A DNA stretch of 52,385 nucleotides from Rozella allomycis CSF55 (taxonomy: Eukaryota). The notes beneath the pieces are model-generated. The model searched no databases, had not been told where the DNA came from, and saw only the letters and a program-made list of their open reading frames with translations. This document shows, one piece after another, positions 1 through 12,800 of the stretch (position 1 is its first letter; every line of letters starts with the position of its first letter). The DNA lies in NCBI GenBank assembly GCA_000442015.1, contig KE560603.1, positions 1 to 52,385 of the forward strand, in the 5' to 3' direction. Position numbers and translations under genes: made by a program.

Positions 1-106
1 GAATTCCGGTATTTACTTTCTTAACGTCAGTTGTAGAAGTGTTGTCATTAGTAGGTAATGCAGATGCTGATATTGCTCCGAGTACGAGTAAAGTGCACAA
101 ATTCAT
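1..106 (-). CDS. 5' part of a predicted secreted protein (truncated by window edge)
   Basis: ATG at 106 reads MNLCTLLVLGAISASALPTNDNTSTTDVKKVNTGI and stays open to the edge. Looks like a signal peptide (ASA|LP) followed by an N-x-S/T site. Confidence 0.55.
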   Translation of the reverse strand, partial: MNLCTLLVLGAISASALPTNDNTSTTDVKKVNTGI

Positions 107-851
107 GAATATGTGGCTCTACGGAAGAAACTATATTTATATTGATATGATATAAATTCTGTTTATAGAAACTCGTATCATCTATTAATAGAAAAAAACT
201 AATCAAAGATTCAAAAGTTACTTGCAATATACGATTCCAAAACTACTGAAACCGCGACATGCATTCAAATTGTTTTTCCCGTGTCATAAGATCGTCGTCG
301 CAAATACAGCCAATAAAAGAGACAGCGAAAAGTATGATTCTCATGATGTCTCTTTTATAGGTGGTTATATTTGTGAGGAGGATTCAATAGTTTCGAAAGC
401 GTAATTAATACAGGTAGTACATTTTTATGTGGTCACTAAAGCTAAAATACTTATTTGAAATTTCGAAAAATCAGTTCAACCTATCACGAAATAAAATGGT
501 TTGGTAATGGAGAGGACGCTGGCATTTTCAAGACTTTAGGTCTAGTAATGCCGTGTTCAATCAGTGGATGCGGTTTATAAAGCTTGATTTCTTAGAATTT
601 TACTGGAGGGCTTGGTTTGATTCTAGTCTCTAGATTTTGACGAATGGATTCCCCTTCCTTAAATAATCAACTTTGGTTGATATATTAAAAAAATTAATAA
701 ACAGTAAACAGTTTAAGACCACAAAATCTAAAATTCTTCTTCAATTGATTCAATTATTATTTATTGCCTTCTACTGCGTATTAAGAAATCTGGCTAGAAA
801 CTATTTAAAAATATTAATGAAAATAATGTATCAAATTTCTAAAAGAATTTA

Positions 852-3800
852 TTAAGGCAACGACAATAAAAGTGCTGTCCCTCTCTTTATAAAGAAATCC
901 GCATCAAACTGCCCAACCTTCAAATCCACAGCAATAACAAACGACGGTCTATCTTCCGATCCTGTTCTTACAGGGTAATAATAAACAGGACACGTGTAAA
1001 CTCCTTTAACTGCCTTCTTCTTTGCCTCTACCGGCTTAAAATGGATAACGGGCATTGGCGTCACCAGCTCCATCGGTCTCGGCTCCTTTAAACAATTAGC
1101 CTTTTTATCCCAACTAGCATTACGAATAAACAATTTGTATACCTGGCGCCTTCCAAGTAAACTCCTTGCACGTAAATGCCGTCCTTGGGAGCCCCTTGGA
1201 TATGCGAGTCATCGTCGGTTTGTTGCACAGAGAATTCCCAGGTGAGCATATCGATGGGAATATTGTTCTTTCTAGCTGATTTCTGCAAGACAGCTGTTAG
1301 AAACCCACAGGGGAATGTGAACGCACCCAGCCAAAAGAATTTAGGCTCGTTTCTATATTAAACAAATTAATGATTGGTACCCTTTCGACCAATTTGAGAA
1401 AAAGTCTATCCTTTGAATCAAATCTCTAGTCCAAGCGCCCAAAGGTTTCAACGACGGATAAGTTTTCGACCAAGCTAATGGAACAACTCCATTTGAAATC
1501 GCCAAGTAGACTGCTTCAAGATCAGAGTTTATAACAATCAATCCTTTCAGACCCTTGCATAATTCATTCAGTGTTAATCTAATGATATCCAGCAGGTTGT
1601 TGTATCTTTTGATTTCCTGCAACAGAACCACATTGATCGGTTGAATAGCTTCCGCTTTGATTCTCTTGCATGTTTGGTCATAGTCGATATTTTCAGGAAT
1701 TTGTTTCAGCAGTTCGTTTGAAATGCTCAAGACTCGTTCTTCCCTCGATTGACCGACAAAAGTAGAGATTTGCGGCTGAAGAGAGATTAATGTTGTGAGG
1801 AGGTTGTTTGATTCTTTGATTAGGGAAGCGATATCAGCGTTTGAATGTTGGCCAACCACTTCAGGTCGATCGAAAGCAGGCCACGATGAGCAAAAGTCTT
1901 TAAACGAAGATAAATCATCGAAATCGGGAATGTAGTAATTTTGAATTGAAGAGAGTTTGAAATTTTGGGTTGAAATTGATTCTTCAGAAAAGTATGAATT
2001 GATGTAACTTTTCAGGACCCTTCTGTCCCATTCATCAGTAACTCTGCCGCCATAGTTGGCATCAGCAATTAAATAGCGGAGAGCATCCCATGGAACATTT
2101 TCATATTCATTTAACAGAGAACATAAAAGATTTTCTGAAACTTCAAAATCAGAGTCATTGAAATCGTATGGAACATTGTAACCCAAAGACAGAAACTTTC
2201 TTCTTTCTAGTAAAACTGAATGATAAAAGCACAAAGAAAACAACAATTTCCTGTAAATTTTTGGTTTTTGGCATTTTTTGAATTGTTGGTCGTCGAAAGA
2301 ATTAAATAGACGCAGAATATTTGATTTAATGCCTTTTGGTGGTTCAGTTGTTAGTTTAATTGACGCTTGCAGTATAGAAATTGGAAACGACGGATTTGGA
2401 GAGCTTGAAAGCCACAGCCTGAAATCTGGATGAATATTTTCTTGTGATGACATTTGCTCTATAATCTTTTCCAGTGTTGGCATCCAACTAATAGACAAAT
2501 GACAATTAGCTAAAAATATCCAGTTTCCAAGTCTGATTGCATCCTGAATCAACCTTAAAGCTTTAGGTGTTTGTCCTTGTCCCAGTGATAAATGGTAGAA
2601 ACGATCATTCATCTTCTTTTTGTTAGCCAACGATGAAATAATAAAAGTTGGATCAACCCCTGGCGATATAATAAACAGAATTGGCGTTTTGCAATTTGAA
2701 TCTAGCAATGTATCTTCAATATCAATCAAAGGTGGATCAATGTAATTTTGTCCCAGATTATTAACAATGAATTTCTGTGCACAAAGAATGAATCTATCTG
2801 GACGCAGAGATCTAATTATTAAAATTCGTTGTAGATCTGTCAATTTACTATCCCAATCCCCAGGCAATGGTAATTCTTCAGGTTCAGGGTTCATGAACCA
2901 ACTTTTCCATTCTCTTTCGTTTTGTTCCAGAGAAGAGATGAGAGAATTGAAGATTGTCATTTTATTTAATTCAGAAATATTATCCCAAGAGTTTTCATCA
3001 ATCCAATCAGAGCAAGGGTTTGGTAATTGAGTGTCTCTGTCAATTACATGGCCTCCTCTCAATAAGAAATCAAATTCATCTTTATTTAATTTATCTGCGT
3101 ATTCAAGTATTTTGCAAGTCATTTGAAAAGAGAATAGCAATTTATGTTTACCTACAATTTAATATGAATAAAATGTTTACCTATAATCAAATACAACTAA
3201 TATCATTACCGAATAAACTCTTGCATACATTCTTGTAGACAGAAAAAGTGTGATAATCATTTAAATTAGCAATCCTCTCATTCAAATCATCACTCTTNTA
3301 TGTTTACCTACAATTGAATATGAATAAAATGTTTACCTATAATTAAACATAACAATTATTTTTACCGAATAAACTCTTGCAGACATTCTTGTAGACAGAA
3401 AAGGTGTGATAATCATTTAAATTAGCAATCCTCTCATTCAAATCATCACTCTTTAAACTCTTCTGAATACTCTTTTCAAACAATGAAATATAAAAATCCA
3501 AAGAAAACTGATACATTGAATCCACAGAATTCAAATCATTCAACACAAAAAATAAAATAGAAGCTCTTTGTGCACATGATCTATAAGCTTCACGAGCGAT
3601 ATCAATTTTGATTTCTGTTTGTTCACTAACTTTTAATTGTCTGGCAGCCTCTTCAGCTGTATGTTTGGATGACTGTAGAGCATTAACCAACTTTTCATCA
3701 TCTAGAATTGATCCATGTGCGTTGGCTAGAAGATTTAGAATTTCGTCTTCTAGTTCTAATAATTTCTTTTTGGCGGCTGCAACGTTGATCACTAGAGAGT

Positions 3801-6800
3801 CTTTTTGTTCTTCCAACTCTGGTTTCTCTCTTCTCACCACGATACCTTTTAACATGAAATATGATTTAATTTACCTAGTAGTTGATCTTCTAATCCTTTT
3901 TCTTTGACAGAAAAGTTTATAACACAAGTTTTAGAACAAATTTCAGGTGAATATTTTGGATTTGATAGTCTAGTAGTTAGATACAGTTTAAACTTGGGAT
4001 CAAATTCAATCTCCTTGTCACCTTTTCTTAACAAAAAGTTTTAATTGTTACCTAGTTTAACCAATATACTTATGGTTACCTAGTTTAATGAATAGAGAAT
4101 CCCCCCGTTTGATTAAATCTTTATTCAAGATTGGATCAATGCTGGAATCAATATTCTCTCCAACATTCTGCATCAAGACTGGCTGACCTATAGGAATAGA
4201 AAATTCAAACTGTTTTAATAAATCAGATTGTTTGGCATCAATTATTTTTAGATTGTTTTCCAATTCTAATCTTTTAATCCATTTATTAGCTTGCAATTGT
4301 GGGTCAACAATCAATGGCCACCTCTTACCTTGATCATTTCAAATTTAATAGATTACCTATATCGATTTAAATCTCTTAGTTTACCTCGTTGAATGATAAT
4401 CGCATTGTCAGTTGAAAATGAATCAAACGGCAACCCTTTAATAATCCACTCTCTAATATCAGTAGAATTACCAAGCCAAGTAGAAAACTGAAAATCAACA
4501 GAAAATGGAATCTCCAACTGCTTCAACTGTGGAATCCAAATCTGATTAATCAACTTGTTTCTATAAATAGAATTAAATGGACCAAAATATGATAAAACAG
4601 CTGAACTTATCAAACAATCTCCAGGCAAACATTTCAATGACTCTTCATACTTTTTAATAGAAGATTCCCATCGCTCCTTTTCACCACTTAAACCAGACAC
4701 CAATTGTTCTGCTCTCTTTAATTTCAATTCAGTTTCTTCTGAATCTTTCTTCAGTTTCTCTTTCAACTCAACCTTTTCATCATATTGTAATTTCAACTCA
4801 TTAACTTTGAACTGAATTTCATTCAACTTGTCTTGCGCTTCTTTCAACGATAGTTGCTTCTTTTCTAAAGCCTCTTGCGCTATTCTCAATTTCTCTCTCT
4901 TGGGCGCTACTTGTCTAAAAATATTCCCATAAGCTTCCATTGCTCTAACCCACAAACAAAGCGATTTAGCTGCTAGTGAAACTCTGCCAATTATTTCTGG
5001 ATTAAAGTTTTCATCCAAGCAAATCTGTGAAATCTTTTTCAATATTTTATCTGAAATGTTGTCCTTGTCAAAGTTTATTAATGTTTTTATAAAATTTGGA
5101 TTTCCTAGCTGTCTTTTAGCTTCATCCCACGTTGGTTCACTCTTTTTCAGTATCATTACAGCTTCCATGACTTTCTCTACCAACGCTGGTGGTTTTCCAT
5201 ATGATTTAATTTCACCTTTTTTAACATTAAGTTTACTTGATTACCTATTTCACTATGATCTATTTTGATTACCTAAATCTTTTTTGTTTAATCCTTCTAA
5301 AGCTTTCAATGCAGAATTCAGTGCAGGCAACGCTTGATCTAAATCAGTTTGAGCGGCATTAGCCACCGCTCTCACTTGTTCTTCTTCAACTTTTAGTTTC
5401 TCACTCCTAGTAGCGACACTTCTCGCTTGGTCATCAGCTTCTCTCTTTTGTTGCACTATAATAACAAGATAATCTTCACATTGTTTTTGATACTGCGCAA
5501 CTTGCTTCTTGCTAGAATCTAATTCTATTGATATCTTTTCAACACTCTTTCTTGTATCATCCAATTTACTCAAACCGCCTCTCAGCTTGGTTGCTTGTTT
5601 TCCAATCTCTCTTCGCTTTTTATTCAACAATGTTTGATAAACTTTAACCAATTCTAAATAATTGATTGGTGTAACGTAATTCTTTCTCTTCAGTTCATTG
5701 TACATTATATTAGATTGATTAATAATTGAAGTATGAATATTAACAAACATTTGAGCAATACCTTTCAATATGGTTTAAGTGCAATGTTTACCTAATGATA
5801 TGTTTAAACTAATAAGTTTACCTAATAATAATAACTATAATTCTTTTACCTTTCTTTAGTTGATCTTGGTTGATTTCAATATTCTCTAAATATTTAGTTG
5901 AAACTTCCAAGAGAGCATCTTCAGGCCATTCACTAAACCAAATACTTGTAGTGCAATTAACAAGAGAAGGAAACATTCTCAATCTATTTCTAAAATTATC
6001 TCCAACTGGACTAGCACAAACAATCACATTCAAATTCTGCTTAACCTTGTTGATGAAATAATTATAAATGCCATCTAGATTATCAGAAACTTGCCCAATT
6101 GAATTTTGTATTTCAGCAACTTCTTCCATTGTAAACAGATTAGGAACATGCCCCAGACTCAAGATATTACTCAAATCTTCCATAAACAAATCATTTGTCA
6201 ATTGAGTATCAGTCAACAAGAACACTGTCTTTTTCTTTTCAATCCCACATTGCCTTTCAAACACTTTAAATTCTTTTACCTTTATTACAATTAACGTAAT
6301 CTAATTTACCTAGATTACATTAACCTCTTCAAATTACCTGAACAACTGTTTGATGTCTTCTTTGAATTCTTCAATTCTATAATTCCTCGTCACTTCAATT
6401 TGATAAACAGCAGCATTACAAACATACGCCGCCAATTTAGTCAAACTTCTTCTCCCACTCCCACCTAATCCAATCAACAATCCATTCCCCTGCGACAATG
6501 TAATAATTCTCGCTATCCTAACAACATGCTCAATAACATCTCTAAACAACACCAAATCCAACGCTACTGAACCAGGCTTTTGATCATGTTCATTCATCTT
6601 TTCTTCTAAATAATTCTACCCATTCAACCAACCAATTCTAATTACTTTAAGTTTGGAAACATCTTCAATCTCTTGATAAACAACCCTGCTCTCCAAACTA
6701 TTAAAGTCTCCAAACATTGGAATCCTCTTGTCTCCACACAACTGCTTTATAGTAGACCCAAAATAACTATTCAACTTTTCATCAACCAGCTTATAAAACC

Positions 6801-9800
6801 ATTCCCTATCATTAACATCAACAAGTCTATCATTAAACACTCTATACACTTCATGCACCCACAGCTTGGTAAACGATTCCTTTGAATCATAGAAATCCCT
6901 ATTAGCTCTCAACAACCCTTCCATCACATTAAATCTACAACCTTACCTTGGAACACTTTGGAAATGTCTCTCAAACTAAACAAATAATGGATTTTCGCTG
7001 GAGTCGGTAACAAATGCTGAGAAACAATATTGTAAATATCAACACTCGCACTCGTCATTATATCACCCAATGGTTTCACCTGCTCTTCAAAATCTTGCAA
7101 TTTCTGGTTAATAATCGTTGAATAGATTCTAAACAATGAAGACTCATTCGGACTCGTCATATTAATCACATTAAACCTAGACTGAAACCTCTCAGACAAT
7201 GTGTTTCTAGCACCCCCTGGTTTAGCCATCGCACTCAACAATACAATATCAGTTAAATACTTAATAGACTGTTTCTGCAGATCATAAACAAATCCATAAT
7301 CCATCCAATGCTTAATCAACTCCAACGGCTGCTGACTCCCAAAACTATCCTTCTTGGGCATATTCAAATCATCAATAAATATAGTCAATGTCTTTCCACC
7401 AGCCGGCACATAAATATTCTTTGTTCTCTTTTCCATCTTTGACTCGAATATACTCTGCACAGTCTCACTACTAGTTTGCGCCGACATGTTCACTACAAGA
7501 AAATTATTGATATTCATATTCTGTATAATCGACGTCTTGCCAGTCCCAGACTCTCCAACCAAAAGGACTGGATACTTGTTCTTGCACAAACTGTTTATCA
7601 AAAACTCATTTCTCTCGGTATCAATCGTCGGCACAAGTATTTTATTAAACGGAATACTCGTACTATACCGCCATCCACTCGTAATCTTGTCCTCCCAGTG
7701 ATTCCACTGCTTCTTTTCTACATTCACATAATACTCATAAACAGTGTCCTTGCTGGGAAACTGTCCTTCCAGCTCTCTCAAAAACATATCAAAACTGGTT
7801 CTACTCGTCTCTGTCAATGATCCACCAACACTCCATATCAAACTAAAGATAAACCACATTTCAAACAGTTTATAATCAATCTCGCTATAATCTATCCCAT
7901 TCTCTTTGGTAGAAAATGAATCAAACAAATTGCAAAATGATTTCACACAACTGGCTTCATCAACTTTAACTATTTCAGAACAGTTTCGTTTAAATTCTAT
8001 CGCTGGTTTAATATACTTTTCAACCAGTTTACACAACAACGCTGCCACACCAGAATTATCCTTTTCACTATTCAATTGATTATCCCTCTCAACTCTATCT
8101 CCCTCTCTCTCTCAACTCTATCTCCCTCTCTCTCAACTCTATCTCCCTCTCTCTCCCTCTCAACTCTTTCTCCCTCTCTCTCATCACTCTCCTGACTCTT
8201 AAAACTCTTCTTCCTCTCAATCCAACTATCAACAACCGGCTTCCATCCCAAATCCCCAACATCATGGTACACCATGCCCACCCGACTCACAGTCGCCGGC
8301 GACGCAGCCTCCAAATTATCAACCTCAAACACCAGCGACACCTGCTCAGGCAGCCCAATTCTATCTCCATTGCTCAGCGTCAGTATCTTGTTATCATCCA
8401 ACACCGAATTCATAGACTCTATCCACAACGTATCCACAGGTCCATCCAGCAAAACCCACTTTTGGTCCTTTTTATCATCCAAACACACAGATTTCAACAC
8501 ACTAGACAACACCCCGTCGCTCCATTCGTTCATCGAATTGTACTGGCCATACAAAGAGCCTAGCGACATGCTCTTGGGATTTATACTATACACTCTAACT
8601 GCATTATACTTTTCTGGATACTGTTTAGACAGTCTATTGTACGCGCCCTGCAGCACCTTCCACACAGTTGATTTGCCAGAATTTGAGTTTCCAATAACCA
8701 TAACACCATGTCTGATAATCTTTATTTCATGCAGCTGCAACACCTTGTTAATAATAGACTCTTCCAACTGCAGATTGCTAGCGGCCATTTCCTCCTTGAC
8801 AGCCTGGATCAGAACACTATTGTCTTGCTGGCTGATTTCAATGCCTGGAAACAGATCATACAAAATACCCATAAACAGTGGAACATCATCACTAGTTAAT
8901 TTGGGAATATTCATATCTTTCAACGAAAGAAACAAGACTATATCATCGGGTGCATTCATATCCATTCTCTTGCGCATTCCAGCTGTTCTCAAAGCAGACG
9001 TTAAACTTCTCAACCCATAATCATAGTGTGACTGTTTAGACAACTGCTGCGTAGCCAAGCGGTACAGTGAATCAACCTTTTTACTCAATACTTTGGTATT
9101 AGCAAATCCTTCAGCAAACAAGACAATTTCGGCAATGTACGCAGAATCAGGCAACATCATAGCAACTGGCCTGAACAAACTCTTCACATTATCAGGCAAT
9201 TCACTTCTTCCAGCGTAAGATGGATTCATTGTAATAAACACAGCTGCTGAATGCTTTAGTTTTATTTCTCTATTCTCAAACACAAATGTTTTAGCTCTTC
9301 TAGAAATAGCAGTTAAAATACAAGATATTTGCAATGCTACAACTGATAAAACTTCAACATCGACTCTATTGAATTCATCAAAACAGCTCCATGCGCCAGT
9401 TTGTGCTAGACCAGCGAATATTCTTCCCATTGATTTGTAGTCGAGACTTTCTGAACAATTTATTACGAGAACAAAATAGCCTAGTGCTTTTCCAAGATCT
9501 TTGACTGATTCTGTTTTACCAGTGCCTGCTTTTCCTTGTGGACTTCCACCTCTATTTAAATTCAAAGCGGTTGTTAAAGTCATGAAGCATCTATCAGTCA
9601 ACGGTGTTATAACCAGCCTTCCACTATTACCTTTATAACAGTATAAAATAGTTGATTACCTAAGTTAATCTTAATTGTTTCTCAATTACCTAGATATTCA
9701 TAGCCATATTGGAATGTTGCATTGATTTGCTTGATAACACAATTATCAACTTCTTTATCCCAATAGAATCTCAATTGACTTGACCATTCAAAAGCATTAA

Positions 9801-12800
9801 CTCCACTGCAATCATTTTTGTACATTCTATCAATAACATCTCTAGAATGAACTTCAGTTGTTATTAAAGCAACAAGCTTTTTCCTCTCAACTTTATTCAA
9901 TGGAGATTTAACCAACTCTGCCAATTTCTTCAAATTGCCTTTATTAAAAGTATTAAAAGAGATTACCTAGTTGTTTTCTTTTTAGTTCTTTCAATGCCCC
10001 CTTTTCACCCTTTTCAACATCTAACAAGGCTCTTGTGCAGTCACTAGTCCAGTTGATTTGGCCAGCTGTTATTAATAGTTGACCAGGCCAATCTTTTAAC
10101 CATTTATCTCTCTTCACTTTTTTGAATGCATTTAAAGTTCCCAGTAGTTGTTTCCGTAGAGTTTCTTTCATTTCATTTTCAATCTGACCCAACCAAACTT
10201 CCACCGCACCTTTTGCATGGATACTAAATAAATGTTACCTATATTTTAACTCTTAAAACCCATTTACCTTCTATTAATACATTCTCATTGAATGGAACAT
10301 ACTCACCATCTTCAGAATACATTCCAATCGCTTCAATAACCCTTCTCATAGAATTACCACCAACATTAACCTGCAATCTATACAGAGAATCAAAACATTT
10401 CTTCAAATGCGGCTGAATAGCATTCGGATCTTTATTCTGCCCCAAAATAATCAACAAATCAGAATCAGACACAAAAGAAAATCTAGGAAACGCTTGTCTC
10501 TTTGTCTCCAAAAACATTGAAAGTGATTTCTGAATCTTCTCCAATTGAACATTCATATTCTTTAATTTATTATTCAAATCTTTTTCATGAGTCGCTCTTA
10601 AAACATTCTTGTCTTTAATCATCTTTTCCATGATTTCTTTCCAGTTTTGATTAATTTCATCAAACACTGATGATTCTTTTGGCAATTGTTTTCTTATATC
10701 TTCACTAGAAATGAAAATGTTTTCTAAATACATCCACTGCTTTTGCACTTGAAGAAGCAATTCTATTATTTCCATTATATTCGATAATGTTCTCTCCCAA
10801 TGATCAACTTGCGATTGGAATGGTTTGAAATATTTAGACACTTTAAATCCACTTAAAGTCAATTGATTGTCTTCTAGTAATTCACTTATTGAATCTGAAC
10901 TTGATAGTTTGAAATACCCCTTTTCATTCTTGAATGGCACAATCTCCAAATCTAATTCACTCCACGCCTTTTTAATATTCTCTATTCCTTGCTCAATAAA
11001 CAATTCTTTAGATGCTGCTTCAGACATTACATTGATTTGATCTCCATACTGATCCAAATTAATCTCTACAATCTTTTCAAGCGTAAAATCTTCTTGTATA
11101 TTCCTTCCAGTTATCTCTCTCAATTTGTCCCAATGGCGTTGTCTCAATGAATTATTCTTCAAATCTTTCAAAATGGGTATCACTCGCTTCATCTGATTCA
11201 ATCTCTCTTTAATCGACTGCCAAATATCCCACTCTTTCAAATTCAATTTATTATTTCTCTTTTGATATTCATTTATTATATTCTCAATCGTCTCTATTTT
11301 CAATTCATGAAATTTCTGAATCTTCCATTCCTTCCATTTCTCATTAAATTCTTTATTCAATTGCCACACATTCATCAGATTATCCAAACTAGTCGCTATA
11401 ATCTCTATATCCTTGGATCCCTGCTGCTCAATCTTAAACACACTCAGTCCCTTTTGCAAATTAATCTCCAAATTAGCCATCTGCTTCACTTTGCTTTTAT
11501 ACTCTTCAATCATCTTAAATGCTTCTTCAATCTCCACCTTCACACTAAAAGGTCCATTGTTCATCAAATCTTCTTTCAATACATTAACATTCTTATTAAA
11601 CTCATCAATAGAATTCATCAATTCAGTTTTAAACTTTAATTTATACTCTTTCAACGTCTTGTCTGATTCATTCATTGTTATTTGAAACACCTGCCACGTT
11701 GTAGGCAACAACTCCAACTGATCCTTTTCTTCTTGCTTTATATTCACATCCTATTCAATATCAATTTGATTCTACTTACGTATTTCTCTAATATCTGGTA
11801 CATTTCTTGGATCGGCTGAAACTGTGATTCAATACTCGCACAATCCATCTTCAACTGAGCAAGCAGATTCAAACTCTCAGACAACTCATCCAAAGTAGTT
11901 GGAATCCTCTTCAACTTTTCTGTATGGTTAACAAACAATTGATGCAGATTCTTCAACTCGGAACTCGCATTGTTATTCAGCAACGTTGTCAGTTTATTCT
12001 GCCACTGATTACAATGCGCTACCAGCGTATGCTTCAATGGAGAACAATCCAATCTAACAAAATTAACACTCGTCAATGTTTCTTCCTTTTGTGTATTGTT
12101 TGCTACTTCAGTGTATCTGTTAATATCAGACTCAAATGTTGACATGGCTGGCTTCAACTTTGCATATCTTCTAATAAACGCATCCTTATTAATCTCCCAT
12201 ATCTACTCAAATATTTAAACTATGCTTACTTCCTTGTATGAATCCCAATTGTGGATGTATTCATTACATTTAACAACATTGTTACTCAATCCATGCTGTA
12301 TATTAGCCAAATGTTTCAACATCTCATCCTCCTTGCCAATAACCTCATGAATCGCTTCTCTCTTGTTATCAACCAGTCTGGGTATCACAGAAATACTAGA
12401 CACAAACTCTCTGCTCAGTCTAGTCACTATTTCTTCCAACTTTTGCAAACTGGGATTAAATTCAACTTTTTGTTTCAATACAACTTCAACTTTAAACAAC
12501 GCCTGTATCTCTGACGGCGCTTCATGGTTCCTACTCTCTCCATTCAATGCATTAGACAACTCAATCAACGATCGTCTCACTAAATGTCTCAACGCTTCCT
12601 CCACCCACAAATCGATTCTCGTCACATAATTCATCCACTGCTCATACACCTCTCTTCCATCACTCTTAAACACTTCAAAACTACTCTCAACAATCTGCTT
12701 GATATTATTATACTCTTTCAACAACTTGCTCTTTATTCCATTCAAATGCATATTAATATACTCTTCAAATTCACTCAACTCGTACACCTTCTTATTCTCA

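Noticed and set aside
490-660. Hairpin (ggcatt...aatgcc) and U5/Sm-like TTTTACTGGAG as an snRNA, or a stop-interrupted minus-strand ORF as a pseudogene
   Set aside because: It lacks the invariant U5 loop GCCTTTTAC and a true Sm site, and the peptide has no recognisable motif. Unsupported without a search.
5762-6337. Regularly spaced TTACCT motifs as a CRISPR-like array or minisatellite
   Set aside because: The repeated part is only the 5-11 nt splice junction, it lies inside a eukaryotic gene, and there are no cas genes.
8274-9020. Long antisense ORFs over dynein (and similar shadows over tubulin, CCDC151 and PAK)
   Set aside because: They have no recognisable motifs and are expected from the codon bias of the sense gene.
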